This document shows, piece by piece, positions 23,715 through 37,444 of a stretch of 64,000 bases of DNA; within the stretch, counting starts at the first letter, position 1, and each line of letters starts with the position of its first letter. The DNA lies in the NCBI RefSeq assembly GCF_006345805.1, contig NC_043000.1, forward strand, positions 82,770,001 to 82,834,000, given 5' to 3'. The notes beneath the pieces are model-generated. The model saw only the letters and a list, made by a program, of their open reading frames with translations. It was not told the origin of the DNA and searched no databases. The position numbers and the translations under genes were made by a program. The DNA comes from Octopus sinensis. Its lineage: Eukaryota.

Positions 23715-25465
23715 CATATACACACAACAGATTAGACTGTTGGGAAACAAAAAAATCAGAACATTGGGCTACAACAAGTAACCTTAGATGCCAAGAACCC
23801 TCCCAAATATTTTAGCTGTCCCTAATCACACTGTTTTCTGGAGCTGCACTAAACTGGATTTTATACCTATTTCTTCTATCCATCTTTTCAGATCTTTAGG
23901 GATAGTTCTTAATGCACCTGTAACTACTGGGATACATTTTACCTACATTTTCCATAGTCTCTGTAATTCAATGGCTAGGTCCTGGTACTTTGCTATTTTT
24001 CTATACCTTTCATATTAATTTTTTAATCATTTTGGACTGTAAAGTTAATTATCTGGTACTTACTATACTCTTTATCTATTACTACCAAATCAGGCCTTCT
24101 GGCTTCTATTACTCTGTCAGTCTGAGTGTTAAAGTCCCACAACATCTTGCATTTCTTACTTTCTAGTATTTTACTAGGTTCGTGTTCATACCATTTATGA
24201 ATATGGTTAAATCCTAGCTTTCTACATAACTCCCAGTGGATTACTCTCCCTTAGTTCTCATATCTTTCCTTGTATTCTTTCTGTGCTAGCATGCTAAATT
24301 CACTTACTATATGAGTAATGTTTTCCTCTTTTGATTTGCATAACCTACATTGGGAATCTACTTGGTTTCTGTCTATCTTGGCTTTTATCCAATTAGTCCT
24401 TAATGCTTGATTTCGTGCAGCTACTAACAAACTTTCTGACTCCCATTTCAGTTTTCCTTTCTGCAACCATAGATATATCTCACTATTACTATTTGCTGCA
24501 ACTGTCTTTTGGAATCTACCATGAAAAGCCTTCTGCCAGTCAGTTGATTTTTGTTCTTTTTTCTGATTTTTCACTTCTTTTGGATCTTTGGTTTTACTAT
24601 ATCTTGCCGTGACTCTTGCAGCTTTTAATAAACTTTCTTCACTACTACCTACATGGAGTCTATATCTACTCAAGCTAACTCCACTCTTTTACTGATATTA
24701 ACCCCTTTTCCGTCTTCCTTTCCTGGTAAGTATAACTTTGCTACTCCTGCTCTAGTTCTTCTGTCTAGCTTTGCTAATTCAGTTTTTGCCCAATCTACAG
24801 AAGCTGCTGAGTATCTAACTAATGATACTGCCCAAGTATTTACAGCCGTCACTAAATTCGAGCCATTTAGCTTTGACTTCATTAGCTTCAAAACACTTCT
24901 GATGTACTCCTTCTCAATTTTCGTTTTCATTTCTATAGTTAGTACTCTGTCAGATTCTAATACTCCTAGATACTTATAACTCTCTCCTTCTTTCAATGTT
25001 TTTAATGTCTGGCCATCTGGTAATTGGATGCTTTCATTTTTGACTACCTTTCCCCTTCTCATGACTAATATTGCACACTTATCTATGCCAAATTCCATAC
25101 CTCTCTCTTTGCTGAAGAATCTTACAGTCTGTATTAAGGAATCTATCTCTTTTTCATTCTTACTAAAAAGCTTCAGATCATCCATGGTTAATTTTTTCCT
25201 TACTACTTCTGGTTAATTTTTCCCTTACTATTTCAGAACTGATACCATGCCTTTGCCTTCCTTAACACTAAACTGAGGAGGATCAAACATAAGACAAATA
25301 TTAAAGGGAACAACGAATTCCCTAGGAAATTTCCTCTCTGGATATTAACTTTTCCAAAGAGTGTGTTACCTGAGTAGAGATCTACTTTCCATTTCTTCAT
25401 GCTAAAGCTAATTAATGTTGTCTGCTATTCTAAATATACTCAGACAATCCATGAGTGTGGGATCG
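23715..25465 (-). mobile_element. R4/Dong-like RLE non-LTR retrotransposon, 5'-truncated degenerate copy A
   Basis: RT (IQRGNFLGNSLFPL ~ QGDSLSP; MDDLKLF; YKYLGV), CCHC finger CRLCKSKEENITHIVSE, RLE RRPDLVVIDK; many stops and frameshifts. Confidence 0.85.
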
Positions 25466-25519
25466 TTATCATTATTATTATTATTATTATTATTGTTGTT
25501 GTTGTTGTTGTTGTTGTTA

Positions 25520-26178
25520 TCATTGCCTTTGCACAGCTTCTAACGCTGGAGATTTATTACAGTGTCAGCTGTTCACTACCAGTGAACTAAGGTAACACCT
25601 CTAAATTTTCGAGCACATTCCGGAGTATACTAGCAGTTCCAAGCAGTGCTGTTTTCGGCAAGTGCTCCAACCTTATTACAGCCCCTATTTGTTCCATGTA
25701 CTTCTCGAGATTTTTACTCACTGTTCCCAGGGCTCCGACAGTTATTGGTATCGCTACCACCTTTTTCATCGACCACAACTTCTTTACCTCCCAAGCTAAC
25801 CCGTCATACCTATCGACTTTTCTTTCTTCTTTATCGCATACCTTGTTGTCAGCTGGGCTTGCTATATCTATGATCCAGCATAGTTTACTTTCTTTCTCAA
25901 TTAAGACTATGTCTGGCTTCCTATTTTCTATCTCATGGTCGCACTGAATCATAAAATTCCACAGGATCTTTGCATTATCATTTTCGATGATGCCTTCGAG
26001 TTTGTGGTTGTACCAATCTTTTTGTCTGTCAAGACCATACTTATTGTAAAGCGTTCAATGGATAAGCCTTGCTATATTGTCGTGGCGTCTCTTATATTCC
26101 TTCTGGGTTAGTGGCGTACATTGACTGGTAATATGCCATACGGTTTCACCATTTTGTCCACAGATTCTGCAATTATCA
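25520..26178 (-). mobile_element. R4/Dong-like RLE retrotransposon, 3' copy B
   Basis: CRICGQNGETVWHITSQC finger, RHDNIA, RKPDIVLIEK..IIDIASP..ERKVDRY..VGALG RLE; followed by (AAC)n(AAT)n on the sense strand. Confidence 0.88.
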
Positions 26179-26181
26179 CTT

Positions 26182-26239
<58 letters not shown>

Positions 26240-26241
<2 letters not shown>

Positions 26242-26460
26242 GTGTGATTGTATTTGTGTTTGTCTTCATAACCGCTTAAGAATCGGTTTTTGTCAACTTA
26301 CATTATTGTCACCATCACTTAGCTGTTCGACAAAAATAAAAACAAAACGGTAGAATAAGTATCAGACTTTGGAATCGATTTGCTCGACTAAACCCTTCAA
26401 AGCACTGTTCCAGCATGGCCGCAGCCCTAAGGCTGACGCAAAAATAGAAGATAAGATAAC
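26240..26460 (+). mobile_element. Family C SINE 3' half
   Basis: GTAGAATAAGTA..GATTTGCTCGACTAAACCC..CCAGCATGGCCGCAG matches the 28331 copy. Confidence 0.75.
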
Positions 26461-26503
26461 GATACACACAATAATTGCTGTACTCTAATATATACTCTCC
26501 ATA

Positions 26504-26690
26504 AGGCGATGAACTGACAGAACTGTTACTGCGCCAGACAAAATGCTTTGCGACACTCAGTCCGTCTCTATGTACTAAGTTCAAATCCCACTGAGTTTGA
26601 CATTGCCTTTCATCCTTTCAGGGTCGATGAAATAAGTACCTCCTCCCCCAAAATTGCTGGTTTTATGCGAAAATGTGAAACCAATATTAA
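26504..26690 (+). mobile_element. Family A SINE (tail B)
   Basis: GCCTTTCATCCTTTCAGGGTCGATGAAATAAGTACC; tail CCCCAAAATTGCTGG..TGAAACCAAT. Confidence 0.8.
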
Positions 26691-27128
26691 TTTTCTACAG
26701 AGAGTGTTCTCAAAGAAGATGAGTGTGAAAGTGTGTATATGTATTACATATGAGGCGGGGTAGGATGTGTGTGAGGAAAAGAGACAGGAAAAATTAGTTT
26801 GAGACAGAGAAAGAAGTGCAGCGTTTACCACTCTATTATAACTCTCAATCTTTCACCACCTCCTTCTTGAATTTGCCCTGCTTACTCCAGGCAGATGTCT
26901 TCAAGCATTATTCTGGATGATCTTGAATTTGTGTGAAAAACATTCGCTGAGAAATGATGAAGTTGCTTCAAAACAAAAAGAAAAAATATCGATGCTTATA
27001 TACACACACGCGCACAAACACACTCACACGTACACACATGTTTACATATATACATGCATGTACAGCACGCACAAGCATTCATACATATATGTAAAGAACA
27101 TATAAAGTATATAAGGCATATACATGTA

Positions 27129-27196
<68 letters not shown>

Positions 27197-27249
27197 CATG
27201 CGTGTTATGTGTAGAAAGCGTCGTTCATGCAGTTTAGATTTATGTATTA

Positions 27250-27309
<60 letters not shown>

Positions 27310-27546
27310 ATATATGTATGTATGTATATATGTATATATATATATATGTATATATGTATGTATATATACTTACATAAGTATATATATATATATATAATAT
27401 ATATATACTTATGTAAGTATATATATATATGTATGTAAGTGTTTATGAGTATGTGAAGAATTTCTCTATATATGTCACTATTTAATGTGAATCTGTGTAT
27501 TGATGTGTGTATGCACGGATATGCATGGATATGTGTATATATATAT

Positions 27547-27588
<42 letters not shown>

Positions 27589-27649
27589 ATGTGTGTTTGT
27601 GTGTGTGCGTGTGTGCGTGTGTGTGTGTGTGCGTGTGTGTATGTGTGCG

Positions 27650-27688
<39 letters not shown>

Positions 27689-28330
27689 TGTCAACATCAT
27701 GCCTGGCGGGAGAGAATCCAACAGATGAACAATAACACGGATAATTAAGGCGGAGCTTTGTGGATAAAATTACTTTGAAACTATCTGTTATGACGTCTTT
27801 AATTCCCAGCTTGCCCAGACTGGCGTCACGTGACCTGGGGCCAGATCATGAGGGCAGCAAATATCTTGGCGTATGTGTTGTTGTTTATCCTGAAGTCAAC
27901 CTTCTTCAGAAGAATATAATGATCAAAGCATTGAAGCTATGATCATGAGGTTTTCTTTTATAAGTATATAGAAATACCTCGGACTTCATTATTCTATATA
28001 TATACTTCTCCTGTGATTTGAAGTAGACTGGCTGTTATTTTTAGCATCTTGAGTGAGCAATTGAGTCTATCTCATATGTGATGTACTGGAGTTCTGTAAT
28101 CCCAAGTAAAGCATGACCCAATAAATCCTTGGACAAAGGTGTTCGAAGTTGTGATCATCCAGTAAATCTTTTAAAAATTTAGTGTTTATGAGGCAACATT
28201 ATACTAGATATATGTGTGTCGCCATCCACTTTTCTTGCAGATCGAACGACTGCATGGAGCCGTTGGTGGGAACATCACACCCACCAACGAAATTTTGATA
28301 ACAACCTCTGAAAAAAAGAAAATCGTCCTA

Positions 28331-28748
28331 GGCGTAGGAGTGGCTGTGTGGTAAGTAGCTTACTTACAAACCACATGGTTCTGGGTTCAGTCCCACAGCG
28401 TGGAACTTTGGGCAAGTGTCTTCTACTATAGCCTCAGGTTGACCAAAGACGGTTGGTAGACGGAAACTGAAAAAATCCTGTCGCATATATATATACATAT
28501 ATGTATGTATGTGTGTGTATATGCTTGTGTGTCTGCGTTTGTCCCCCCCACCACCACCACCAACATCGTTTGACAACCGATGCTGGTGTGTTTATGTCCC
28601 CGTAACTTAGCGGTTCGGCAAAAGAGACCGATAGAATAAGTACTAGGCTTACAAAGAATATGTCCTGGGGTCGATTTGCTCGACTAAAGGCGATGCTCCA
28701 ACATGGCCACAGTCAAATGACTGAAACAAGTAAAAGAGTAAAAGAGAG
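28331..28748 (+). mobile_element. Family C tRNA-derived SINE, near full length
   Basis: A-box TGGCTGTGTGG, B-box GGGTTCAGTCC, CORE-like TTGGGCAAGTGTC, internal microsatellite, (AAAGAGT) tail. Confidence 0.85.
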
Positions 28749-29544
28749 TTAATAAGAAATTAACTGCATCCGGCAGGAGTTCAGGAGTTTGGAGAATATG
28801 AAGTCTCTCCTTTTCTCCTTGGTCTCCACTACTTCAGATCACCTTTTCCTTTGGGTTATAGTACCTGCTAAGGTCTCCCGTTTTAGGTCAGCAAGAAAAA
28901 GATGCTCTTGTGGCTCAGGTATACTAGATTCAGAAAAAGGCTGGCGCTTGACAGAGGTCCACCGGTGTGTGGACACGCTATGATATCATGTGAATCAATC
29001 ACCCTGCCCAAAGGTTAAATAGACCCTATAGAATAAGGGTAAACTCGGATGAGCAGGCAACTACCATAGTAAACTGTAAATAAATCGGCAAAAGGGAACG
29101 GGAAATCGCTGCTGTATCTTTCTCAAGAAAAATTCCTGAAACTTCAGGTTTTTGTATAAAGGCCCCTGATCTTTGACATCTGTAAGCATGGCATTTAAAG
29201 AAAAAGAAGAATAAACTGGATGTTTAAACCTCAGACCTAAACAGTAATTAAAAGTTTCATATCAATGGATTTGTAATATTAAAGAAATATTTATGTTCTT
29301 AACATAGATGTAATTCATAGGAAAAATTTAACCACACTAAAGATGCTTCCTCTCTGGCATGTTGATGTACGTGTGATAGTTTACATTACACCCAGTCTTA
29401 TAGTGCATTTAGCAGCGTTATGCACAAGGAAATTAGGTATGTAGATCGGTAGACAGGGAGTGAAAAGCAATTAAGGAGGGAGATAAAGAGGCAACAATAG
29501 ATAGCTAGAGAGGTGAATATGGAAGCAACTATACAAAAATTTGG

Positions 29545-30230
29545 AGAAAATAATGTTGTTGCTTTCGACATCACCAAAATATTACCTGATTCTCAAATCC
29601 CTTGTTAAAACTGCCCATCTATGAACTTCATCAATCGTCTCTTTAATTAATGGCTTCCTGTAAGACTGTGCCATCATGGCGTGGGCTATCAAAGCTATAA
29701 CGCACGTTCTATCAAATCTAATGTAACCTAAGATTCGGTTTTCCCCCTCACACACACACACACATTTTTCTTTCAAGGATCAATTTGCCATCACTTCAAA
29801 ACTCCCACTCCTACGCAGTTGTTAGTACCCTCCTTATACCTCAGCACTCAACTCTCAACCACAAGCAATCTCATCTCAAACTTGCACTGTCTCCTTCAGC
29901 AACGACCTCGAAAACATCTTCCATGTCAACTCTGTCTTCTCAACACAATCACTACACGTATGAAAGTAACATCATGAACAACACATCACGGCAACACTCA
30001 ATGGTGCTATAAATGCCTTATATTGCTTTATCTCTTGATGAACAAATATCTTCAACATAGCAAAGACTGTATCACAAACATGGGTCATCTTTTACGTAGA
30101 TCAGAAAATACTTCTGTTCCCAGCAACCTCAAGGTTCGGTTTCGTCCCCACATGCTCTTCCATCTAAACCAACGATTCTCAACTACTTTTTATCTATGAA
30201 CCCCTTTGGATCTTATCTTACTCTGGTGGA
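29545..30230 (+). pseudogene. Fossil APE-type LINE reverse transcriptase (CR1/L2/I group, clade unassigned)
   Basis: VAFDITK (~VALDISKAFD), KLPIYELH (~KLPSYG), HSYAVVSTL (~HSYADDSTL), SNDLENI. Confidence 0.55.
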
Positions 30231-30528
30231 CTCTCAATAGCCATTCAAAATTTATAAAACCCTATTGTGCTTTTGTAATTAAATGTTATTAGGAATTTTA
30301 TTTTTAAAATTGTTCAAATATTTTGTGTATTGTCGAAGACTAACCGATTTATTGCACATAAACTAACCAAATTATATCGAAAACTAATGTTCAATAGTAA
30401 AATAAGTCATAAATATACAAAGACATGTTTATTTTTTCAAAAATACTACTTTAGTGCTACTTTATTCCATGTGATACCTTGTAGTTGATACTGTTTTGCT
30501 AGTTTTGCAATATTTGGCTCAAGTGTAA

Positions 30529-30743
30529 GGCGGTGAGCAGGCAGAAACGTTAGCACGCCGGGCGAAATACTTTGCGGTATTTCGTCTGTCTTTACGTTCT
30601 GAGTTCAAATTCCGCCGAGGTCGACTTTGCCTTTCATCCTTACGGGGTCGATGAATTAAGTATCAGTTACGTACTGGGTCGATCTAATCGACTGGACCCC
30701 TCACCCCAAAATGTCGGGCCTTGTGCCTAGATTAGAAAAGAAT
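30529..30743 (+). mobile_element. Family A SINE (tail B), full length
   Basis: GGCGGTGAGCAGGCAGAAACGTTAGCACGCCGGGCGAAAT head, B-box GAGTTCAAATTCC, central domain. Confidence 0.92.
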
Positions 30744-31329
30744 ATTTGCTCAAGTGTTGTACACTATCGAACTGATTACGGTAATTCGAAAGGAAATTAG
30801 AGACAAGGCTGAAACCAAATTCAACTAGGTAAGATGAAGGAAAAGCAGTAACGTATAGCTTTTCTTCAAGAGTAGTGAAGATTTTTGTTAGCAGTGTCAT
30901 TACTTTTCCATGCATTATATATGCTTAAAAATTGCTCGAAATATTTCATCACTCTGCAACTCAATGAGACTCTTGTAAACAGAGATCTTTATCATCAACA
31001 TTAACTTAAAATGAGTGTCACTTATCGTAGTAATTAACATTAACTTAAAATGAGTGTCACTTATCGTAGTAAATTTAACTTGAGTTCTATTTACTTACTC
31101 AAATAGGAGAGCTTACATAGTACTCTGTTGAAGTATGTTAAGTGTTAGAAAACTAGTTGTTTCTTACAATAAGTACATCTAAAGCAAATTTTTTTAATGA
31201 AAGCCTAAAATACTACCATGGACACCCAATTTACTATTTTGCTTGCGTGGCCCCTACAAAATCTTATATGGATTCCTAGGGGCCATATGGACCTTTGGTA
31301 TCCATATTTGAGAACCACAAATCTAAACA

Positions 31330-31790
31330 TCAATGATTTACTTGCAATCGCTTTCCACAAAACTCAGGTGAGACCCACAATGAAGTACTGTTCGTATATC
31401 TAGTTTGGGTTACTGCTGCTGTTGCTATAAAAACAGACATCCTTGAGCATATCCAAAGAAATGTCACTCGAATTGGCGTGAATTACCAACACACTCCAAC
31501 TTTTAATCCACAGACGTGTTGTCTCGTCTTTCATTTTTCCTACCGCTACTACTCTGTTTCTCAGATGTAGCTGACTTGTCTTGTACCACCCTCAACCCAA
31601 AGCTTCCTGACGCACTCTTCTCGCCGTCTTTCTTCAACCATACTGAGTTCACACCCCTCAGGCAGCGCCTCATCTTCTTTCTTTCCTTCCTTTCTTCTTC
31701 CTTTCCTTCCTTCATTGCTTTCTCTCGAGAACGTCGGTTCTCTGCAATTTATCCTTTCACACATTATTCTAAAATGAGTAGATTTACAAT
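31330..31790 (+). pseudogene. 3' continuation of the fossil LINE ORF2
   Basis: KTQVRPTMKYCSYI (~KAQVRP.MEYCSHIW), ILEHIQRN, HRRVVSS..YRYYS. Confidence 0.55.
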
Positions 31791-31932
31791 TATTCCAAAG
31801 AAACATTAACTATGTCAATCCCTCTAATCTTGGACTGTGAAGCTCATGAGAACGGCATCTTCCGAACCAAGTGAATAAAAAAGATATAACTTTGAGTTGG
31901 AAGCTAGGTAGCTACTTACATGGATGGGTTGG

Positions 31933-34900
31933 TTTTATATCCTTCTCTACGTTGAATATCCAGATTTCACGAAGCGGGGATAGACACAACTGTCTTCACA
32001 TGACGTACTTCAAATTACTCCACTAAAGACGATACTCCAATAAATACAAACACTTGACGATCTCCACGACTTCTTCGAACTCTCAACGACTCATACGACC
32101 TTCTCTCTCGTCCGAACCATTCTTCCAATCCCACAGGGATGTCAATAACTCTCGCCACATCTCCCTCTAATGAGCTTGATTTTCGTTGGAATATAATATT
32201 GCTATTATTTTCATTATTATTATTTTTACTTTTTTTCTTTCACCACATCTTCCATTTTTACATTTTCTTCCTAAGGAAGTTTAATATATCTTCCGTTTAG
32301 GAACTCCTTTCAACCGTTCTGTTTGTTTCCTCTTTCTTGTGCTGCTACGCCTATATTCGACTTCTTGTAGCGTTGGAACATCAAAGGTATCTTTTTTTCG
32401 TATATCTATTTTTAGCTGGTGTCTTTTGTGTTCCCATTTTCACTTATTCTTATACATCATTTTGCCTATTCTTTTTGTTACTACTCCGTCTTCCCAACCT
32501 TCTCTTCCATTTTTATATATTTTGAAAAACACCTTGTCACCGATCTTAAAATACTTTGTCGTATATTTGGTGTTTTCTCTATTTGCTTTTCTTACTGGTA
32601 ACAGCTTGTTAAAAATTGACTTTATTTTTCGAAAAAATATTAGTTCCGCAGCGACTTGCCTGAACTAGTGTTTAGGCTTGGTGTTATCCTATAAGCCCTG
32701 AAGAATTATATCAACGCTGTGTCATCGACTAGTTCGTTTCTTGATTTCTTTAATGTTTGTTTTAATGTATCCACGAACCGTTCCGCTCGCCCGTTTGATC
32801 TTGGGTGGTATGGCGGAGTAGAGATGTGTTCAACTGCGTACATTTTGCAAAAATATTTTGACTCATACGCCATAAACTGTGTACCATTATCGGATACTAT
32901 GGTGTCCGGGACACCATATCTTGCAAAGAGTTCATGAAGAAATTCTATTGTTACCGTGGAGGTTGGTTTCGTACATTAGTATATTTCCGGCCACTTAGTA
33001 TAACTATCTACTTCAGTCAAGTAATATTCGCCATTTATTGGTCCAGCAAAATCTATATGAAGCCTCGTCAATAGACTGTCGGTTTTAGACCACGGTTGAA
33101 AATTTACCGGTGGTGACTTGGCTGCAAGACACAACCTCTGCAGGATTTCACCGACTCTTCAATATCACGGTCCAATGTAAGCTAATATACGTAACTTCTG
33201 ATAAGTAATTTCATTCTCGAAATCCCAGGGTAACCAATATGAAAATCCTTTAATAAACGCTTTTGAAGTGCGGCCGGCACCAAGACTATTTGTGCATACA
33301 TCAACACATTGTCGCACAGCGAGAAATAGTTTACATTTGTGTTGTGCATATTTTTGTTTTCTTTTGCTTTTAGTGTTCCATTTTTATAATGAATTTATCG
33401 TTCTTATTTTCTTTGGCCTTCAGCGTTTCATTTTTATAATGAATTTATCGACTTTGATTTTATGTCTGGTAACATAGCTGGCAGTTCACAAATGACGTTA
33501 CATAGAACATTTTTAATTTCATTTTTCACTCGCAAAGCAGCAATCACAGTATCTTCAAATGGTTCCGAGTTTTTTTTAATCAGTCTTGATAGACAATCTG
33601 CGTGGCCTAATTTCTTGGATGGAATATACTCCATCTTGAAATCGTAGTTTAATAATATCGTAGCTCAATTGTAACCTTCTAGTAGTATAAATAAGAATTC
33701 CTTTTTTCGGCCCAAATATCCGTAATAACGATCGATGATCAGTTTGTAGCCGAAAACTTGTACCGTGCAAAAATCTGTTAAAATTTTCACGACAAAAATT
33801 ATCACTAGAGCTTCTTTTTCGATTTGACTATAATTTTTCTCTGCTGATATCAGAGAGCGTGAGGCATGAATCACCGCCTTCATATTACTATCTTTATATT
33901 TATGTAGCATTACTGCTCCTATACCGAACTCAGAAGCGTCTGAGCTACAACAATCTCCGTGCAGGATCGAAGTGAGCTAACGGCAAATTAGATATTAATA
34001 TTTTTCTATTTCGTCAAAACGCCTTTTGACAATTTTCCGACCAATTCTATTTCTTATCTTTTTTCAGCAAATTATTCATGGGAGCCCTAACCTTATTCAT
34101 ATTTGGGATATAATTTTGGTAATAATTTGCCAGTCCTAACACTTCTTGTGAGATTGCTATATTCGTCGGAGGTATATTTTTAATTGCATCTGCCTTCGAC
34201 GGATCATGTCGTCGTCCATTTCTGTCAATGATTTGACCTAAATATCTTATTTCCGGTAAGAAAATTCACTTTTCTTTACTCAAGGCAAAGCCGTAATCCT
34301 TAATTTTTTCAAATACATATTTTACGTGCTCGACGTGTTGATCCCTGGATTCGCTTTTAATGAGTATATCATCCAGATATGGAATTCCGAATTCACAGTC
34401 CGCTAACATTGCATCCGTAAACTCTTGAAAAATCGCTGGTGCGACTTTTAGACCAAATAGTAACCTGTTATGCTTATACAGTCCTTTATGTGTGTTGACT
34501 GTTAGGTATTTTCAAAGTCTACTCTAATTTATAGGTACACGTAAGAGAGATCCAACTTAGAAAATATCTTTCCACCGTTTAACTTCGCAAAAATATTCTC
34601 CGGAGTAGGTAGCAGATAGAGGCCCGTTTTAAGACATTTGTTTAACAATTCCATCCAGTCAGTACCGAACAAGTTTGTTACATTATTTAACACAAAAAAT
34701 TTTGCTTTCAAGGTTTTACCCCGAAATGTAACCTCAGTTATCATTTCGTCCAAAAAATATAATTTTTTTTCCTGAGACACCTTTCACAATTTTTTAAGTT
34801 TCCATTAATGTAGGTTTTTCAATTTTTCTTCATATGTCACTGTCAATAAGTGTAATATCAGTGCCTGTATCTAGCTGTAATTTCACGTTCACATTCTTCA

Positions 34901-36254
34901 TTTTTATGTAGACAAACTTTCTTTTGTGAACCTCGCATAGACTTTCTGTTGAGAAAACTCTTCCAGAACTTTTTCGTTCAACCTTTTTTTTTACTCTGCA
35001 ATGTGAGCTTTTATGTCCGATTTTTTGACAGTTAAAACATTTTAAATTTTTATACGGACGGTTATTTCTAAAATGGATTGGGTCTAGATCTTTGTTTTTC
35101 ATTTTCCTTATCCGTTACAGGTCGACACGCATGTATGTGAGAGTAATCCTTTTCTTCAATTTTATTTGCGTCATGTCGCAGATTAATAAACCTCTGACAT
35201 TCCTCTACCACTGCCTGCAGAGTCAAATTCTGGTCCTGTTCCAATTTTGTCAATATTCGGAACGTATCTCTGTATCTTCTTTTGCAGTTAACCCTTGAAC
35301 AAAAATTGGACCTTTGAACATGTCCGGGGTTAATTCTTTTAGTTTGAATTTTTCACACTCTCGATTGATGATTCCGGCATGGGTGACGGAATCTTCATCA
35401 TCTTTTTTTTTTTCTTTTACTAAATTCAAACACCCCCAGTGAGTATTGAACAAAGAACTTCTCTCACTGAAAATGTTCGATAACAATTTAATTGTTTCAT
35501 CGAAACAAATTTCACAAGATGGCTTTTTTTTTTTTTTTTGCAGAGTGAAGTTACAGTATTTTCCGTGTTTGGCAGGGGATTATTTTCTTAGAAGTAGTCG
35601 TACCTTTTCATTCTCCGTCCTGTTTTTGAATTCCTCTTTGAAGATTTCTTCATATTTTCAGAAATATGCAGAGAAAGTAATACCTTCTTTTGGGTTATAA
35701 CTAAATTCTGAAATTGCGTTTGCTACACCATCTGGCGAGAACGAACCTGAAGTATTTTTGAACTTCAGCATTAATTCCAATAACTACTGGTATTGTTGTT
35801 GTTTTTGTTGTTGCTGTTATAATTGCTGCTGTAACTGTTGTTGCTGTTGCAACTGCACCACGGAGGCTAATAAGTTTTCCAAGTCAACTCATTTTTCTTT
35901 GATTTTGTATCAAAAGAAAATGTTAGTGTAAGCTTCGAATAAACACGTCGCCACTTTTATAAGTGGATATCCTCGTCGCTACTTTTAATCCTTCTCTACG
36001 TTGGATATGCAGATTTCACGAAGCGGGGATAGACACAAGCGTCTTCACATGACGTATTTCAAATTACTCCACTAAATACGATACTCCAGTAAATACAAAC
36101 TCTCAACGATCTTAACTACTTCTTCGACCTCCACGAACTCTCAACGACTCATACGACCTTCTCTCTCGCCTGAACCAATACGCTACTTTTTATAAGAGTT
36201 TGGTAAGTACTTTCTTTCAATCCCACAGGGGTGTCAATGACTTTCGCCACAACA
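31933..36254 (-). mobile_element. Ty3/Gypsy LTR retrotransposon (K02A2.6/Mag-like), degenerate provirus
   Basis: Direct LTRs 31933-32162 and 35983-36254; 5-bp TSD GTTGG (31928-31932, 36255-36259); PBS-like TGGCGAC/TAGCGACGAGG; purine tract before the 3' LTR. Confidence 0.93.
32400..35890 (-). pseudogene. gag-pol: Q-rich Gag, zinc knuckle, protease, RT, RNase H, integrase
   Basis: [50 protein letters not shown]-like YIPSKKLGHADCLSRL, HPRSNGRAERFVDT; multiple stops, frameshifts and a deletion between protease and RT. Confidence 0.9.
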
Positions 36255-36475
36255 GTTGGTATGTTGGTAGGCTGTCAGTGGTAAGAATGTAATTTAGGTA
36301 GACATTGCATGTGTACGAGAGTGAATATGAACAATGTATTTGAATGTGTGTGTGTGTGTGTGTGTTGTGTGTGTGTGTGCGTGTGCGTGTGTGTATGTGT
36401 GCGTGCGTATGTGTGTGTGTGTGTTACAGTGACAGTCAAATAGAAAGGCAGGAAGTTTATGTTTATATGCATATA

Positions 36476-37365
36476 GTAGCAAAGATACCCGGCGTTGCTC
36501 AGGATTAAAATGGAATAGTTTTATATAATATATTACAGTTATGTTGAAACAGGTGAAATTGGAAAGTGCAGCATTGACAACAAAACATTTGTGCAGTAAA
36601 TGCTGGGCTAATTCGACTAAGCAACATGCTATGCGTCCGTTTGGAGTGTTTCAGGCTCTAATCTGTCATGGAAAATTGGAGGTGAGGGTTATGTGATTTT
36701 TGAACGCACCTGTCAGAGGATATACTCTCTTTTGCAGCAGTCAGTTCATTTGTGGATAACAGGGAACCAATGAGGTGATAGACTTGCCCTTGAACTTTAA
36801 CGTCGGAGTAAATTCAGGTGTATCTATCTTCTTAGATGCACCAAACGATGTCATTTGAAAGGCAGAGTTGTATTGTCTGATATTGTTCAGAAAATCCTTT
36901 GACTCGATGGAAGTGCCTTCTAGAAGATCCATAAGAGGTTGAGAAGGAGCTGGTAGTGCCAACAATGTTACCTGACAATATGAGCAGCACATACCATTTG
37001 CTTCACTTGAAAATTTTAAATCTCTACAGAAACGAGTCTATATGATATAGACGCGCGAGCGCGCGCGTGTGTGTGTAAGTGTGAGTGCGTGCGTGTGCGG
37101 TGTGTGAGAGAGAGAAATAGAGATAGAGTGAGTGAAGGTGTGTGTCGTGATGGTTGATGTCTTTTAAGGTACACACACATATAGAAAATGTGACGTGATC
37201 GTATAAAATGTTTAAGATAGTCGATTTATGGAAAAGATTATAATGTTAAATTTTTGAAAGGCAAATATGGGAATGGAAATTATATTTAATTTGTAGTTGA
37301 AATAGTACTGAATGTTTTGATACCCCACGCGCCAAAATCTGTAACACGGTTTTGGAATGCATAAG

Positions 37366-37444
<79 letters not shown>

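Noticed and set aside
28780-29200. Possible LINE ORF1 zinc-knuckle remnant (YRCQRSG, minus)
   Set aside because: CCHC is incomplete and surrounded by stops; not supportable.
30997-31074. 39-bp perfect tandem duplication (and a ~37-bp one at 17363-17434)
   Set aside because: Real but ordinary local slippage duplications with no further structure.
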